Notes under the pieces: model-generated | The model's database searches: none | Told to the model about the DNA's origin: nothing | The model's input: the letters and a program-made list of their open reading frames with translations, nothing else | DNA from: Eledone cirrhosa | Lineage: Eukaryota | Direction of reading: 5' to 3' | Assembly: GCA_964016885.1 (NCBI GenBank) | Contig: OZ024749.1 | Location: 50,592,001 to 50,656,000, forward strand | DNA: 64,000 bases | Position numbers and translations under genes: made by a program | Shown: piece by piece, positions 26,926 through 43,818 of the stretch | Position numbering within the stretch: position 1 is the stretch's first letter | How the letters are laid out: each line of letters starts with the position of its first letter

Positions 26926-27131
26926 TAAATGTATCTATACATCTATATATATATATATATACACACACATCAAACCTTAGATTTTTTTAGATTTTTTGCT
27001 TCGACTGCATGCCCATATATGGACTGTACCCCTTAATAAATTCAACTAGATTCCCGCCGTTCTAATACTTGTGGGTTAGTTTTCGGATCTTGTTGTCGAA
27101 ACAGCTCAGCTGTCGGTGTCCTGACTCTTGT

Positions 27132-27987
<856 letters not shown>

Positions 27988-29197
27988 GGTGTAGGGCTGA
28001 GACTCATACTAAGGTTTGATCTTACAACAACAAACTAACGTAGCTGCATGTAATTATACAGCGTTGAAGGCAGCGAATTGTTAGAAGCGTTTCGGAGTTG
28101 GATGAAAAGTCCCACGTACTAGGAATGATGTAATGGAGGCCAACCAACACCTCACACCACCCGACACATACACAAATAGTTGTCCTTGCACCTAAATTAG
28201 GCTATATTGATTATATGACTTTGAGAGTTCATATCTGCATGATAGAAAGGTAGTTTATATTTAATGGGATTCTATTTAGAAGTGTAATGAACATGACGAA
28301 ATGTATCACCCTATAGATATATAATATCTTCAACGTATCCAGGTAACCAAATATTTCCACCATGATATCAGTTAAGTTAAACCGACAGTGACATAGTAAT
28401 ATATCTTTTCACTTAATAACTTCGCAATCGAAAAACCTTTTAATAATATATCAGTCAATTATTTCCGTCAATTTGCATTTCAAAGTAAGGCCTAATATTT
28501 AATATTGCGGGTTTTTTCTACGAAGATGAACATTAGAGTGTTATATCGTCTAAATGTTATATTTATAAATGTGTAAGTAATTTACTGATACGTTTAGCCA
28601 TGAAAATTTCTTTAGTAGAATATTCGTGTTACAATAACTGACAATTCTAAATATTTGGATTATTCTTACATTTAAGCTGTTGTAGTAAGATACTCTCTGT
28701 GTGGACCCTGATCAGGTTTGAACTCCAGACCAGGATTTCCACCATCTCTAATACCTCCTACTATGCCAGCTAGACGGCTACCACAATTTCTATGTTCCCA
28801 ATTTGACTCCCTAGCTTCATGAATATGAGACTAACGTCATCATCACCTCATAACCATGACTACTTCCACACACATAGATGATCGTTACAGCTACTGGTTA
28901 CCTCGCTAGGTTTTTAATTTTCTAACAATATTCTTGGTGATTATGCCTCTTAAATTAGAAATGGTCTAACGTCCGTAAAGGTATTCATGAAACATATTTA
29001 TTGGTCAATCTAATTTCCAAGCCTTTGATCAGTCATATTTGAATTTGACGATGATCAGAGAATCTTATCTCTTTGTTATTTAGCCTCAGGCAATAAATGT
29101 CGAAGAAAACCAAATTGTAATCATCCGACAATGTTTACAGAATCATCGCCTACTGTATCATCCAATGTGTTTGTTAAAGCTACGTTAGTGTGTTATT

Positions 29198-29343
29198 TAC
29201 CCCAGTAACTTATTGATATTTTATTTTATCGACCCCTGAAGCTAATCTCTCGGGAGATTTGAACTAAGAACCTAAAGAGCCGTAACTCTGTTTCACAAAA
29301 TATGTTATCCGACGCTCTACCGATATTGCTAATCCACCGTCCT
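29198..29343 (-). mobile_element. Diverged SINE
   Basis: TTTTATCGACCCC..GATTTGAACT..CTCTACCGATATTGCTAATCCACCG. Confidence 0.75.
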
Positions 29344-30957
29344 ATGGCCTGTTAATCATAACAGTGCTTTCGGTAACCTCGTCGAGGAAAACCTTCGTGA
29401 GAATGTCACTCTACTCGTGACCAGTCATGTTTGGTAAATGTGTAACAACTAACAATTTGGCAAAATAATTAGATACTTGTTTATTCCAGGCATTCCGGCA
29501 AAGACATTTGTACAAAAATGTAAAAATATTGTTGAAAGTTTGTTAAAGCAAATTTCCAATAAATTCCCCAGAATAAGTTCCCTACTGCACTTAATATATT
29601 GCAATTGTATGCAATAGTTTTCTTGTAATTGCTTCTTTCGTTAGATTCTTTTTCCTCGAATTATATGAGAGAATTTCTAAAGACGATGACTGCTTTATGC
29701 AACTTAAAATTGCCAATTTCTTTTTAACTAGTTAAATTAGTATTCATTTTGTTTACTTTTTGTTCTATTTTACTTATTTTCTAGAAACTTCCTTTTTACG
29801 TTTTGAAAAACCTTCCTTTAATTTTTATGTTGTTTTCTAAAGCGTGTGTAGTTCAACAACATACTTGAATATATTTATTAACAAGAGAGCTACAACAGCT
29901 AGATTCATATTCTAAATTTAGCAAAATAATCTGTATTAACAGTTAGTTTAATGCTGTAGAAACACTGACACAAGAGAAATTATATGCTGACCGTGTTGTT
30001 ATTGATTAGCCCAACCGTGTGTCGATTCACTGCAGAACGAAACCTTCACAAATGTGCTGGTTTTAGGCGAATCTATACTGTGTTTAATTGTGCAGAATTT
30101 GAACTCAGAACATGGGAATATGCATAGACACTATAGAATACATACATATGCAAATTGAAATATACTGCAATTGCTGTAAGAAATAGACATATTATAATTC
30201 TACTCTTGTATGTTTAATTTGATTCTACTCATTAGCAAGTTAACTGCTGCAGACGAATACAATATCATTAGAAGTGGCTGGTTTCCGATCTGCAGTCTTT
30301 GGAAAATTAGGATTCCGTAAATGAACTAATGTGGACTGTGAGCTTCTTAAGTAAATGAAGTTTTAAATGTAGAATTCAAAAATATCTGCAGAGTACCTCT
30401 GGTCTGTGTACTAGTGCCATCGCTTGCGACTAACACTCAGCTGGACAGTGATTGATTACGAATCGGTGTTTCCCTGAATTTCGGTCTCCGTATCTGTGAC
30501 CCTCACATACGCAGCTGCGATTTCTCTCAGGATTCTTTCGATCTCCATCTATTGTTGTGCCGTTATAGTGCTGGCTGTCTCCCATACTGCTCTCAACGAG
30601 ACGATAAATGGTGGCCTGAACAGCGTAATCTTCCCGTCCCAGACCGAGTTATCGGAGCTGCACCGAGGGCGTGGCAATAGACTAGAGGGGATGACAATTT
30701 TCACGTTCCACAGAACCACTGAAGTATAGAGTAGGTTGCCTCATGATTTGTAATACCCCATCTATTAACTTCCAGTTAAGTATATGTCGGTTCTCAGTGA
30801 AAATATTGACTTACACACATATATGTAGGCTGAGAAAAGAACGTTACTTCCAATTGCAATATCTTAAGTGTAGGAATGAGCTATTCTACTGCGCTTTTGA
30901 GAAAATATTTTTTAATGTTCCACAAATGGTTGTTATTATTTATTTATCTATGGATAA

Positions 30958-31134
30958 GAGGCGGTGGATTGGCAGTATCGGTAGAGGGTCAGGCGCCATG
31001 CTTTGCAGCATAGAGTTACGGCCCTTACCATTCTGAGTTCAACTCCCGCCGAGGTTAACGTTGCCTTTTATCCTTACGGGGTCGATAAAATAAAGTACCA
31101 GTAATGCTGGCCTTGTGTCAAAATGTAGAAACAA
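30958..31134 (+). mobile_element. SINE with TSD
   Basis: ATTATTTATTTATCT at 30935-30949 and 31134-31148. Confidence 0.92.
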
Positions 31135-31619
31135 TTATTTATTTATCTGTGGGTTTTTTAATGCCGTTAATGAAGGGCATCGATTTAATAGAGATTTAAT
31201 TGAGGTTTTCACAGTCTATTTGTGCTGTTAAATATTTACCAAATACACGGTATGAAGAGAACGCTGTGAGAGAAGTATCGCAACATTTAATGGTGTGTTT
31301 TTAAGAATAGACCACATATGAATTGTAAATCTATGGATTACAATGCCAGAATGTTGAACAAAAACATAAATAATGAGATATAGTTTGAAATAAAAGAGCG
31401 AGAGAGAAACATATAGGGAAAAGATGAAAGATTATAAAATAAACAATATAAAAATATCATTAAAGAAAACAATTAATAATAAAACAATAGCAATAGCAAT
31501 AAGTGTATCATTAATATCAGAGAGAAAACATTTTCTTTTCTGGAAAGAAGAAATAGAACTAGTAAAATATCGTTTGATCACTGAGAAGCTATTAAAAGAA
31601 AATAATTAAATATCTTTGA

Positions 31620-33318
31620 TAACAATGAAAACAATACCAACTGCTGCCACAACAATAACAGCAAATACAACAACAACAAGAAAAACTACAACAACAATAA
31701 CAGAAAATACAACAACAACAACAAAAACTACAACAACAATAACAGCAAATACAACAACAACAAGAAAAATGAACAACGACAATAACAACTACAGAAATCA
31801 CTAAAGCAATAACAACTACAACAACAATTACATCAACAACATCCATAATAACAACTATATTATTCTCATCATCACCATCACCAACACTAACATCAATACC
31901 ACCACCACTACCACCACCACCACACCGCTAGAACCATCACCATCACCAACACTAACATCAACACCACTACCACTACCACCACACCGCTAGAACCATCACC
32001 ATCATCATAACCATCATCATAAGCATCATCATCATCATCATCATAACCACTCGCAGGTTCCTACTCTCCTCCATCCTCACTCATTATTCTCATCGTCATC
32101 GTCATCATCGTCATCATCGTCATCATCAACATCATCGTCATCATCAACATCATCAACATCATCAACATCATCAACATCATCAACATCATCAACATCATCA
32201 ACATCATCAACATCATCGTCATCATCAACATCATCGTCATCATCAACATCATCAACATCATCAACATCATCGTCACCATCGTCATCATCAACATCATCGT
32301 CATCATCAACATCATCGTCATCATCAACATCATCGTCATCATCAACATCTTCGTCACCTCATCGTCATCAACATCATCATCGTCGTCAACATCAACACCA
32401 TCAACATCATCAACATCAACATCATCAACATCATCAACATCAACATCAACATCACCATCATCAACAGTAACATCACCATCACCATCGTCATCACCATCGT
32501 CGTCATCAACATCATCAACATCAACATCACCATCACCAACAACATCACCATCACCATCATCACCATCGTCGTCATCAACATCATGAACATCAACATCATC
32601 AACATCAACATCACCATCACCATCATCACCATCGTCGTCATCAACATCATGAACATCAACAGTAACATCAACATCATCAACAGTAGCATCAACATCATCA
32701 TCATCACCATTGTCGTCGTAACTATCATCGTCACCACCATCATCATCATTTTCACCATCATCATCTCCATCACCATCACCATCATCGCCATCATCATCAC
32801 CATCACCATCACCATCACAATCATCATCTCACCATCACCATCACCATCATCATCTCACTATCACCATCACCATCATCACCATCACCATCACCATCTCACC
32901 ATCATCACCATCACCATCACCATCACCATCTCACCATCACCATCATCATCACCATCACCATCTCACCATCACCACCATCACCATCACCACCACCACCATC
33001 ACCATCACCATCACCACCATCACCATCATCATCATCATCACGATCACCATCATCACCATCACCATCATCATCACAATCATCATCTCACCATCACCATCAC
33101 CATCATCATCTCACTATCACCATCACCATCATCACCATCACCATCACCATCTCACCATCACCACCATCACCATCATCATCACCATCACCATCTCACCATC
33201 ACCACCATCACCATCACCACCACCACCAAAACCATCACCATCACCATCACCACCATCACCATCATCATCATCATCACGATCACCATCATCATCATTACCA
33301 TCATCATCATCATCTCAT
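31620..33318. repeat. ~1.7-kb compound trinucleotide tract (ACA)n/(CAT)n/(CAC)n
   Basis: Directly visible; source of the poly-H, poly-I and poly-M ORFs. Confidence 0.97.
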
Positions 33319-33979
33319 CAAAATCGAAAGCATAATTTCAGATAGAATTAAAGAGATTAAAATTAGTTTTGCAAAGAAGCCTTTTGGCGACTGACTAACG
33401 ATATCTTTTCATTTTTCTAAAGAAATGTTAGGAAATCACTTTTTGCATTTTCTTCTCAAATTTCCTTGATCTATAGTTCAATACACGTTGGAATGGTTTC
33501 CTTTATAGTTTTATTCTTTGATTTGTTCTTTCTTTCTACATTGGTGCTGATGCTATTTTCTTTATTTATTTTCTTTGTGCAGTTTATAAATATTTGTTCT
33601 CTATAACAAACAGCTTTATATTAAAACATGGAAAAAACACACACAAACGAACGTGCGTATATATTCACAAAAGCAAACCGATGAACATACACACATGTAT
33701 AACATGTATAAGCATATTTAACGAACACACACATACACACAAGCACACCCAGGAATATACAGATACACGTATGCATATCCGTTCGTTTTGTTAGCTTAAA
33801 TGTTCAAACAATATTAGTATATGAATGGTCACATGCTTATACAAACACAAGCCATGATATTCATAAATAATAGGCATTATGCAAACATTGTGTATATAAA
33901 TATGCATATATGTGTGTATGTGTGTGTATGTGTATGTGTATATATATATATATATATATATGTAATTATATATATAGGT

Positions 33980-34044
<65 letters not shown>

Positions 34045-34249
34045 TTCAAAGGGTACAGATGTAAATGTCAAGAAGGTTTCGTTCAGAATAAATGATTTTT
34101 ATACATACAATAGTAGTCATGTATTATATATATATGTCAAACTGGAAAATATATTTAAGGCAGGTGACGTTGGACATTTACTGCTTCAACCACGTTATGT
34201 TAAGCACAAAATAATAGTTGTTTAACGCAATTAGCTGTGGAACAATGGA

Positions 34250-34290
<41 letters not shown>

Positions 34291-34293
<3 letters not shown>

Positions 34294-34428
34294 TACGTTA
34301 TTCCTGGTTGAATCGGAGGTAACCACAGTAAGTAAGGTACTCAATACATTGCAGAGTATAAAAGTTTTAATATAGATGAGATTCTACAGGACTAGAACTG
34401 TTTCATTTTTAGAAATCATCAGGAATCT
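34291..34428 (-). mobile_element. Family E element with intact hammerhead (34379-34428)
   Basis: Minus strand: AGATTC-CTGATGA-TTTCTAAAAAT-GAAA-CAG(TTCTAGTC)CTG-TA-GAATCT; perfect 6-bp stem I. Confidence 0.8.
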
Positions 34429-35100
34429 GGGTATCAAAAAATAAATATGGTATTTATAGGTCTTTTCAGGCGGTAGGAGGGGATGGGTAGAGCTCATTGG
34501 TTGAAAGAAAAGGGAATTCATTAAAAGCTAATTCTTTAAGGCTATAATTTATATTTAGAGTGACAAATGCAGAAAGAATTCTATAAACAGGTTCAGATTG
34601 GGGAACCACTCCTTATTTTTAAGTTTCTCTTAGGCTAACAATGCCTATATTTCAGGTGTCTATAAGATTGTTGGGGGTCAGTCATGGTTGATGGATTTAA
34701 AGAAATGGGAAATTCTTTAATTAATATTGTAGCATATCGTTTTCCCTACAGTGAGTATACATAACATAATTGCGTCGATAATAATTCTTATGAAAGGAAA
34801 GGGAGACAATTCCGAAATTCAAACTTTGAATCACATAAATGTGAGTATCCAGAATGAGTGTGATAATTTTAAATATATACTGGATCCCTGGACAAGTTCT
34901 AGTCTTATTATACCACATCAGCGTAGCCTAATCTTATATTTACTCAACAGAATCTAGTATGATTCTGAGAGTATATACCCTTTTATAGCGCAATATGTAA
35001 TTTTATTTATCTGTTGTGGTTGTAGATGTGATATATTGTGGCATCCCTTTCAACTCTTCTCCCTTTTGATACAAAGCTGCATGACAGTAAGTTTGCATTA

Positions 35101-35287
35101 AGGCGGTGGATTGGCAGTATCGGTAGAGGGTCGGACGCCATGCTTTGACGCAAAGAGTTACGGCCCTTTCCATTCTGAGTTCAAATCCGCCGAGGTTAAT
35201 TTGCCTTTCATCTTTACGGGGTGGATAAAATAAAGTACCAGTAATACACTTGGTAATTGCTGGCTTGTGCCAAAAGTAGAAACAATT
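35101..35287 (+). mobile_element. SINE, main family
   Basis: Consensus match. Confidence 0.92.
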
Positions 35288-35340
35288 AATATATATATAT
35301 ATATATATGTATATAGGCTTAAAAATAATAATAAGAAGAA

Positions 35341-35540
35341 GAAGAAAGCAAGAACGGAGGGGTTTCCTCATCAGTTGTCTACCGGGGGTCTCACTTTAGA
35401 GAACCGGAGCTCGTGGGCTGAGCTCTGGCCGTTTCGACAGCAAAATCCAGACATGGAATTTGCTGTCGAAACCGTAAGAGCTCAGCGGCCGAACCCGACT
35501 CACTAGTATGTTTACATTCTACTATCGAATACTCTACTGA
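35341..35540 (+). mobile_element. Family A-related diverged fold-back
   Basis: GCTGAGCTCT..TTTCGACAGCAAAATCCA / TGGAATTTGCTGTCGAAA..AGAGCTCAGC. Confidence 0.65.
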
Positions 35541-35674
35541 TTAATGGTCTTACTAAAACTGGTAAAATCTTGAACTATCTCTCTCCACCTCTCTCTCTCT
35601 CTGTATATCTATATATATATATATATATATATATACATTTGTGTGTATGTACATATACATACATATATATATAA

Positions 35675-35708
<34 letters not shown>

Positions 35709-36922
35709 ATGTGTGAGGGGTTTGCGTGTGGGTGTAGGAATGCAAGTGTCTGTGTACAAGGAAAGAGAAAAAGGCAGACATACAGACAGACAGACGGACA
35801 GACAGAGACAGAATGGAGAGAACGAAGAAAGAGAAGAATAGTGAAAATCATGATTAGATTTACAATTTGTATTTAAATACATTTTCCGGTAAAGTAACCA
35901 TAAACCTTTTGTTAGTTTTATTCCAACTGAATGGAAACAACCGCTTATTAAAGTTAATCTCCGATAAAGTTCGACATAGAATTCAATACACTATTAGCAA
36001 TATAATTCAAACTTAAAGTGTTATACGAGTCGTAAAATTTTATAAGTTCATGATAGAGTATCTGGGATATATTTCGTTATACATCTAAGTAGTCATTTTC
36101 TCTATTAAAACAAGCATTTGAGTTTTTACTTGCGAAGAGAGATCATATCTACTTATAGTCCATAAACTATTAGTTAACTTGGAAATAATATCTTTGATTT
36201 TCTCAAACATATTCATGCTTGAATAAATAGACATCTACTATAAAATATATGAATTATTTGTATTATACATGAAAATCTTCATCTGAAATTTAGAAATCGT
36301 TATTGTGAAACTGATATTTATGTAAAACTGTCTCATTGTGTAGAAATCATTTACGTACCAAACGAAGGAATTTGCAACAGCAGCAAATTCACCATCGAAT
36401 CACACTCTAGCGACATTAAAAATGTGAGGTTGTTTAATGGCTCTGTAAGTATTTTTTAAAAAAGAGAGGATGAGAGAAGGGAGACGCTAGAATATATTTT
36501 GTAATATGCCTGCTTTAATAGGTCTATTTTATGTTTAAGGAATATCAACATCAATATATATTTATCACACTCACACACACATGCACACATATATATTATA
36601 TATAGATAGATCTGTGTCAGCGTCTGTGTATCTGTGTGTCAGTATGTGTGTAGCAGCATCCCAGCAGACACCACGTCGTTTAATTGAGGCAGTATTGTTT
36701 ATTTTAGAAGGTCTTATATCATTACTTGGAAGATGACAGTCTTTTCTCAAATTCTTTTCCGGCTCTCTGGCTCTTGGTTACATGTAGATGGAGTGGTTGT
36801 GGCTTATATTTTGAACCACACTAAAAAGCGGGGCAAATAATGAGACCTAGGAGCTCTGTTATAAAAGTTTGAATGTATAGAGCGACAGTAATTTGGTAAG
36901 ACACAGGCATAGTTTATGAAAT

Positions 36923-37108
36923 GATTGTTTCTACTTTTGGCACCAGGCCAGCAATTATACCAGTGCATTACTGGTACTTATTTTATCGACCCCGTAAGCA
37001 TGAAAGGCAAAGTTAACCTCGGCAGGATTTGAACTCAGATCATAAAGGGAGGTAACTCTATGCTTCAAAGCATGGGGCCCGACCCTCTACCGATACTGCC
37101 AATCCACT
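36923..37108 (-). mobile_element. SINE, main family
   Basis: Consensus match; TATGAAATGAT flanking duplication. Confidence 0.92.
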
Positions 37109-38926
37109 ATGAAATGATATGAGATATTATGATTAGAAAATGTTTATGCCATATGAGTTGTCTAATTTCAATCATGTTGAAAGAACAATTACTTGGATAC
37201 ACTCCTTACAACATCTTTTTCTAATAAGTAAAATAATTAGATATAAAGCATAATGTCTCTATTTATGATAAGATTGAGAGATCACGTAGTTTACGATCTG
37301 ATAATTGCACGAAATTTTAATTTTGCGTGTTCTATATAGACATAAATAGAAATTTCCTTAAAACTTATTCTTAATGCATTACAGTCAAAATCAAAATGTT
37401 CATGAATGGAAGTTTGTATTGTAAACTCCTGCTTTGTATTCATGACAATTATTCTGAACTTTCTTCCGCACAAACAAGAACTATAAAGTTTCCCATAGAA
37501 TATTTAGCATAGAAAGAAGAGTCAACCGGAGCCGAAGTTTTCAGACACCGGTAATATCTGCATAATGTAAGCAACATTCATTCAATTCTTTGTAACGAAT
37601 TGATAAGGATGTAGAAGAACTTCTGCGGAACAATTGCAAACCTTCAGTTATTATGGCAGAATCAGAAACTTGATTCATTGATTATCAAAAGAATTTTCGG
37701 TTAGTTTGCTTTTGTAAACACCAGTAGCAATGTCAAATGTCTGATTGAATTGTTACATTCATATTGTTAATATATCTGTTGATGCAATCAGAAATCGGCG
37801 GGTGAGTTTCAGAAAAGAAAGGAAAAAATGGTATTTAAATGAGAAAGCTTTAAATATCATTGTTAAGGATAGATCAAAAGCTTGGTAATAAATTTAGGAA
37901 GAGTGATTTATCATATCAAATGTAAATAACAAATATAAAAACATACGCAATATGAATGTATGATGATGAATACACCGATAGTGTTGTGGCTAAAATATTA
38001 TTTAGGTAAATAAATATTTTCAGGTTCAATCCCGCTTCATTTTCTACTACGTGAAACTGCCCAAGCCATGTGCAACATTCACAAGAAAATTTACTGATTA
38101 AATCTATTAACATATACTCTAGTGCGGTTAAACAGAGCCAATTACACATATGGTTACTCGTTGTGTTGAAAGCCCTCCAATAAGGACAAAGGCCAGCCAA
38201 ACATTTGAAAATGAAATTGATAAACGAACGGTTGTGGAGACCCATGAGGTGACTGGTTTTACTATACTTGATAAAATGCATTTTGGCAATTGTTTAAACG
38301 TAAGATATATAGCATTAAGATTTTAAATATGAAAATATACGGGAATGTATTCTATACTGCATTCCTGTGAATATCCGAGAAAATTAGAAAATCGAATTTT
38401 ACACATAGTGTGGAGTTGTTAATTTAGATATTGATGTATTAAAATAAAGTGAAGGTTACTGTGTAAAACGTGCTGTAATATTATATAGGTATATACGTAT
38501 ATAACTATATTTGCACTCAACTCTCAAAGATCCATCAATAGTAAATGTTAATTGGTGCATTTAATTTACGCTATAACACTAAACACCTGATGTTGATATT
38601 TTCTTTCATTTATATTAACTATTTTTAATTATTTCAAAAATAATTAAAACGCTGCAAAGTGAAAATTAGTCGTCATTTCCGTTCTGAGAGTTACATTAAA
38701 GCGTATGACATACGCACAGTTAACTCACACATACACATATACAAACTTATACAAACACACATACAAATCCACACAGAAAATCAGACACAAACATGCACAC
38801 AAACACATTGATGTGTAAATGTATATTGGAGTAAGGCATGAAATATGCAACATGGAAAACAAAACAGTCTAATACCCTGATGTACCGAAATAATACTGGC
38901 AAAACTTTAGGAAACGCGCAACCACA

Positions 38927-39038
<112 letters not shown>

Positions 39039-39165
39039 ATCTCTCTTTCTCTCTCACTCTCTCTCTTTCTCTATCTCTCCCTTCACTTCTCTCTCTCTTT
39101 CTTTCTTTCGCTATCTCTCTTCTCTTCTCTTCTCTTCTCTTCTCTTCTCTTCTCTTCTCTTCTCT

Positions 39166-39214
<49 letters not shown>

Positions 39215-39243
39215 GTTTGTAAATGTATAATAAAGCCAAAACA

Positions 39244-39439
39244 ATTGTTGATAATTAGTCTTTTACCTTAGATTTATTTAAATGTCCTTAATTTTCGAGA
39301 TAATATCTTTTCTTCGGAGGGAAGTAAAGCGGTTAAACCAGTGTTCTAAATAGCTTTACTTCCCTCTGAAGAAGAGATATTATCTTGAAAATTAAAGACA
39401 TTTAAATAAATCTAAGGTAAAAGACTAATTGTTAACAAT
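39244..39439 (+). mobile_element. Family H fold-back with hammerhead-like core
   Basis: Arms 39244-39330/39353-39439; CTGAAGA (39366)-AGAT/ATCT hairpin-GAAA (39387); stems I and III less clear. Confidence 0.7.
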
Positions 39440-40325
39440 ATCTTTTGCATTTGCATTCTTATTCTATGACCATACCTGCATTGTTTTGGCTTTATTATAC
39501 GTTTATACCTCATTACACAATGCTTCAAGTGAACTATAACTTCCTCCATATATATATATACATAGATAGGTGTAGTGAGAGAGATAGGCAAAATCCCGAT
39601 ATCGGGGCCAAGCGTTGCATGATTCCGTAAAACAGATAAAGGAAACAGAGTGTTCTATGTAATGTACAGAGCTGCAATATTTCAGTACAGTTGTCTTCAA
39701 CATAATTCGTTGTCAAACATGATCTCTTCTTTTATTGTATCTTCTTGTTATTTCAAACGACTTCATATCCTGCAACATTTACAAAATTATTTAATTATTA
39801 AAGCTATTCCAATGCAGGTAAAGAGACATTGTAAGGTTGCCAACTGCGCACATTGGTACGCATTGTGTTGAAAACCCTTCACTACAGACACAGGGACTTC
39901 AGAGAACAGCAAAGTTCAGAAGTCTATTGGGATGATCCCCTTATAGTGGACAGAAAGTTCAAATATATATACATAGCAAAGCCAGCCATTCATTAGTCCT
40001 CACTGATGAGATCTTGTCTCATGCCAAACATAAACTGTAATTGTCAGCCACGTTTCTTCTCGCCAAGTCGCGAAATGTTAGTTTCTAAAGCTTGATATAC
40101 AATCCTGACCACTACAACTGTAATATTTGGAAGTCAGGTCATCCAAGACATATCAGTAAAAAGAAAGCCTTATCTCGAATTACAGAGCTCCTATAGAAGG
40201 GTATCCAATGGAAAAAATCCCCATGAAATCGAAGAAAACCCTAATTAAACAAAAATGTTGTAATAATGTTATATGTGTAGATTTATGCAATACTCATTCA
40301 CACACACATCCATGTAAATATATAT

Positions 40326-40636
<311 letters not shown>

Positions 40637-40852
40637 ATAATAAGACCCACCATATTTCTCAATGCCAGGACCGGTTGTATCTCAGCGTACTCAATAGGTA
40701 ATGACAGGATATATTCTCAGAGTATACACATAGTTATTCGCTTCAATACAACACACGTAAAACGGGTGCCTATAATAGTTTCCGGACTCGAGTTTCGGCC
40801 ACACTTAATGCAGCAGTAGGGTACACTGCACCCTCTGTCTGCATATATTATA

Positions 40853-41495
40853 CAACAAATATATATATGCAACAAATATATATATGCAACAAATATATAT
40901 ATGCAACAAATACATATATATGCAACAAATATATATATGCAACAAATATATATATGCAACAAATATATATATGCAACAAATATATATCTGCAACAAATAC
41001 ATATATGCAACAAATATATATCTGCAACAAATATACATATGCAACAAATATATATATGCAACAAATATATATCTGCAACAAATACATATATATGCAACAA
41101 ATACATATATATGCAACAAATATATATATGCAACAAATATATATATGCAACAAATATATATATGCAACAAATATATATCTGCAACAAATACATATATGCA
41201 ACAAATATATATCTGCAACAAATATACATATGCAACAAATATATATATGCAACAAATATATATCTGCAACAAATACATATATATGCAACAAATACATATA
41301 TATGCAACAAATATATATATGCAACAAATATATATATGCAACAAATATATATATGCAACAAATATATATATGCAACAAATACATATATATGCAACAAATA
41401 CATATATATGCAACAAATATATATATGCAACAATTATATATGCAACAAATATATATATGCAACACATATATATATGCAACAAATACATATATATG
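40853..41495. repeat. Minisatellite, 17-19-bp unit GCAACAAAT(AT)n
   Basis: Directly visible; the variant pattern repeats at 40988 and 41179. Confidence 0.95.
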
Positions 41496-41822
41496 CTGTA
41501 TGTGTGTCCATGGGTGTCTGTACCTGATTGCTTGTATGTGTTTATATACATTATATATATGGTTAGGTAGATAAGTAATCTAACACACATGCAGATATTC
41601 TCACACATGCATATAACATTCTTGGAAAATTCAATTACAAATATACATTATTCTTTTTTCAATAATGCCCTTTGAATGTAAAGCAAGCAATCAAGCGTAG
41701 AGTCAGTCTGAATGGATAGACACATATATAAGTAAAGGTATGTAAATATATATATATATATACATTTATATATATATATGTATATGTATATATATATATA
41801 TGTGTGTGTGTGTATCTATATC

Positions 41823-41861
<39 letters not shown>

Positions 41862-41937
41862 ATATATATATGTGTGTGTGTAGTTGTTATATATTTTGAT
41901 ATATATATATGTGTGTGTGTAGTTGTTATATATTTTG

Positions 41938-41987
<50 letters not shown>

Positions 41988-42149
41988 CCCTGCATATAGA
42001 GTTATATCTATATACATATATATATGGCATAAATATATATGTGCATACATATCAATTTATACGCTTGTATAATTATAAATGTGTAGAGATATGTGTATAT
42101 ATATTTATGTATAGACAATTATCTCTCCCTCTCTCTCTCTCTATCTCTA

Positions 42150-42230
<81 letters not shown>

Positions 42231-42351
42231 CCACAGAGCAGTATGTTTCGATATTCTTGTATAAGTGCGAGACGTAGACTAACCCCAAAATAACCCGCAT
42301 ATATTATTTCCACCACCCTCATACACACACTCACACAAACACACACATATG

Positions 42352-42408
<57 letters not shown>

Positions 42409-42434
42409 ATATATATTTATATATATAAATATAA

Positions 42435-42467
<33 letters not shown>

Positions 42468-42490
42468 ATATATATTTATATATATAAATA

Positions 42491-42530
<40 letters not shown>

Positions 42531-42591
42531 ATATATATTTATATATATAAATATAACTATATATTATATATATATATATAATACATATATG

Positions 42592-42652
<61 letters not shown>

Positions 42653-42786
42653 GGTGTGTGTGTATGCGTATGTGTGTCTATGTGTGTTAATGTATATTTA
42701 TGTATATTGATATATATATACATGAAAGTTAGATAGATATACATACACAAATATTCATATGTACCTAATCACATACATACACACAT

Positions 42787-42841
<55 letters not shown>

Positions 42842-43425
42842 AACACACATACACACACACATACACCCATATACACATACATGCACGGATTATACACAAT
42901 GCTGAGAATCACACATATTCATAAAAACAATTTAATCCAATTCACACCTTTATGAAAGGAGAGAAACGGTGAAAGTTTTAGAAAGTGAAACGACTATTTA
43001 TAGATATATATTCAATTCATTGATCTTAGATAATTACTACACTAAATCAACTGAAGAATGTGTTTATCTGAAGGCGGCAACACAAGATTAGATTTCGCTA
43101 AAATGAAATTAAGCGGAGACTGTTTATTTTCTCAGTTAAATCAAATTTTACAGACAGACTCGATAATAATAACAATAATAATCGTAATAACGATAATAAT
43201 AATAACAATAGTAGAGATAATAATGATAGTAATGTTATGATTATTATTAATATCATTATTATTAATATTATTATTACTATTATTATTATGACGATATTGA
43301 TGATAATGAGGCGACTATAGTATTATACGCTTTAAGAACACATAACTTATACATACAAATAAAATACCACATTTCTCTCTCTCTCTTTGTCTCGCTCTCT
43401 TAGACACACACAAACACACACACAC

Positions 43426-43464
<39 letters not shown>

Positions 43465-43531
43465 AAAAGAGGACACCGACGGCTGAGCTCCGGCCGTTTC
43501 GACAGCCAGATCTGAACGTATATATCTATCT

Positions 43532-43818
<287 letters not shown>

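Noticed and set aside
32061-33335. Poly-His/Ile/Met ORFs
   Set aside because: Trinucleotide tract with no non-repetitive coding context or splice evidence.
34430-34960. Expected PLE GIY-YIG ORF upstream of the family E hammerhead
   Set aside because: The frames I read contain stops and no convincing motif.
40717-41608. Six overlapping 200+ aa ORFs
   Set aside because: A stop-free minisatellite open in all frames.
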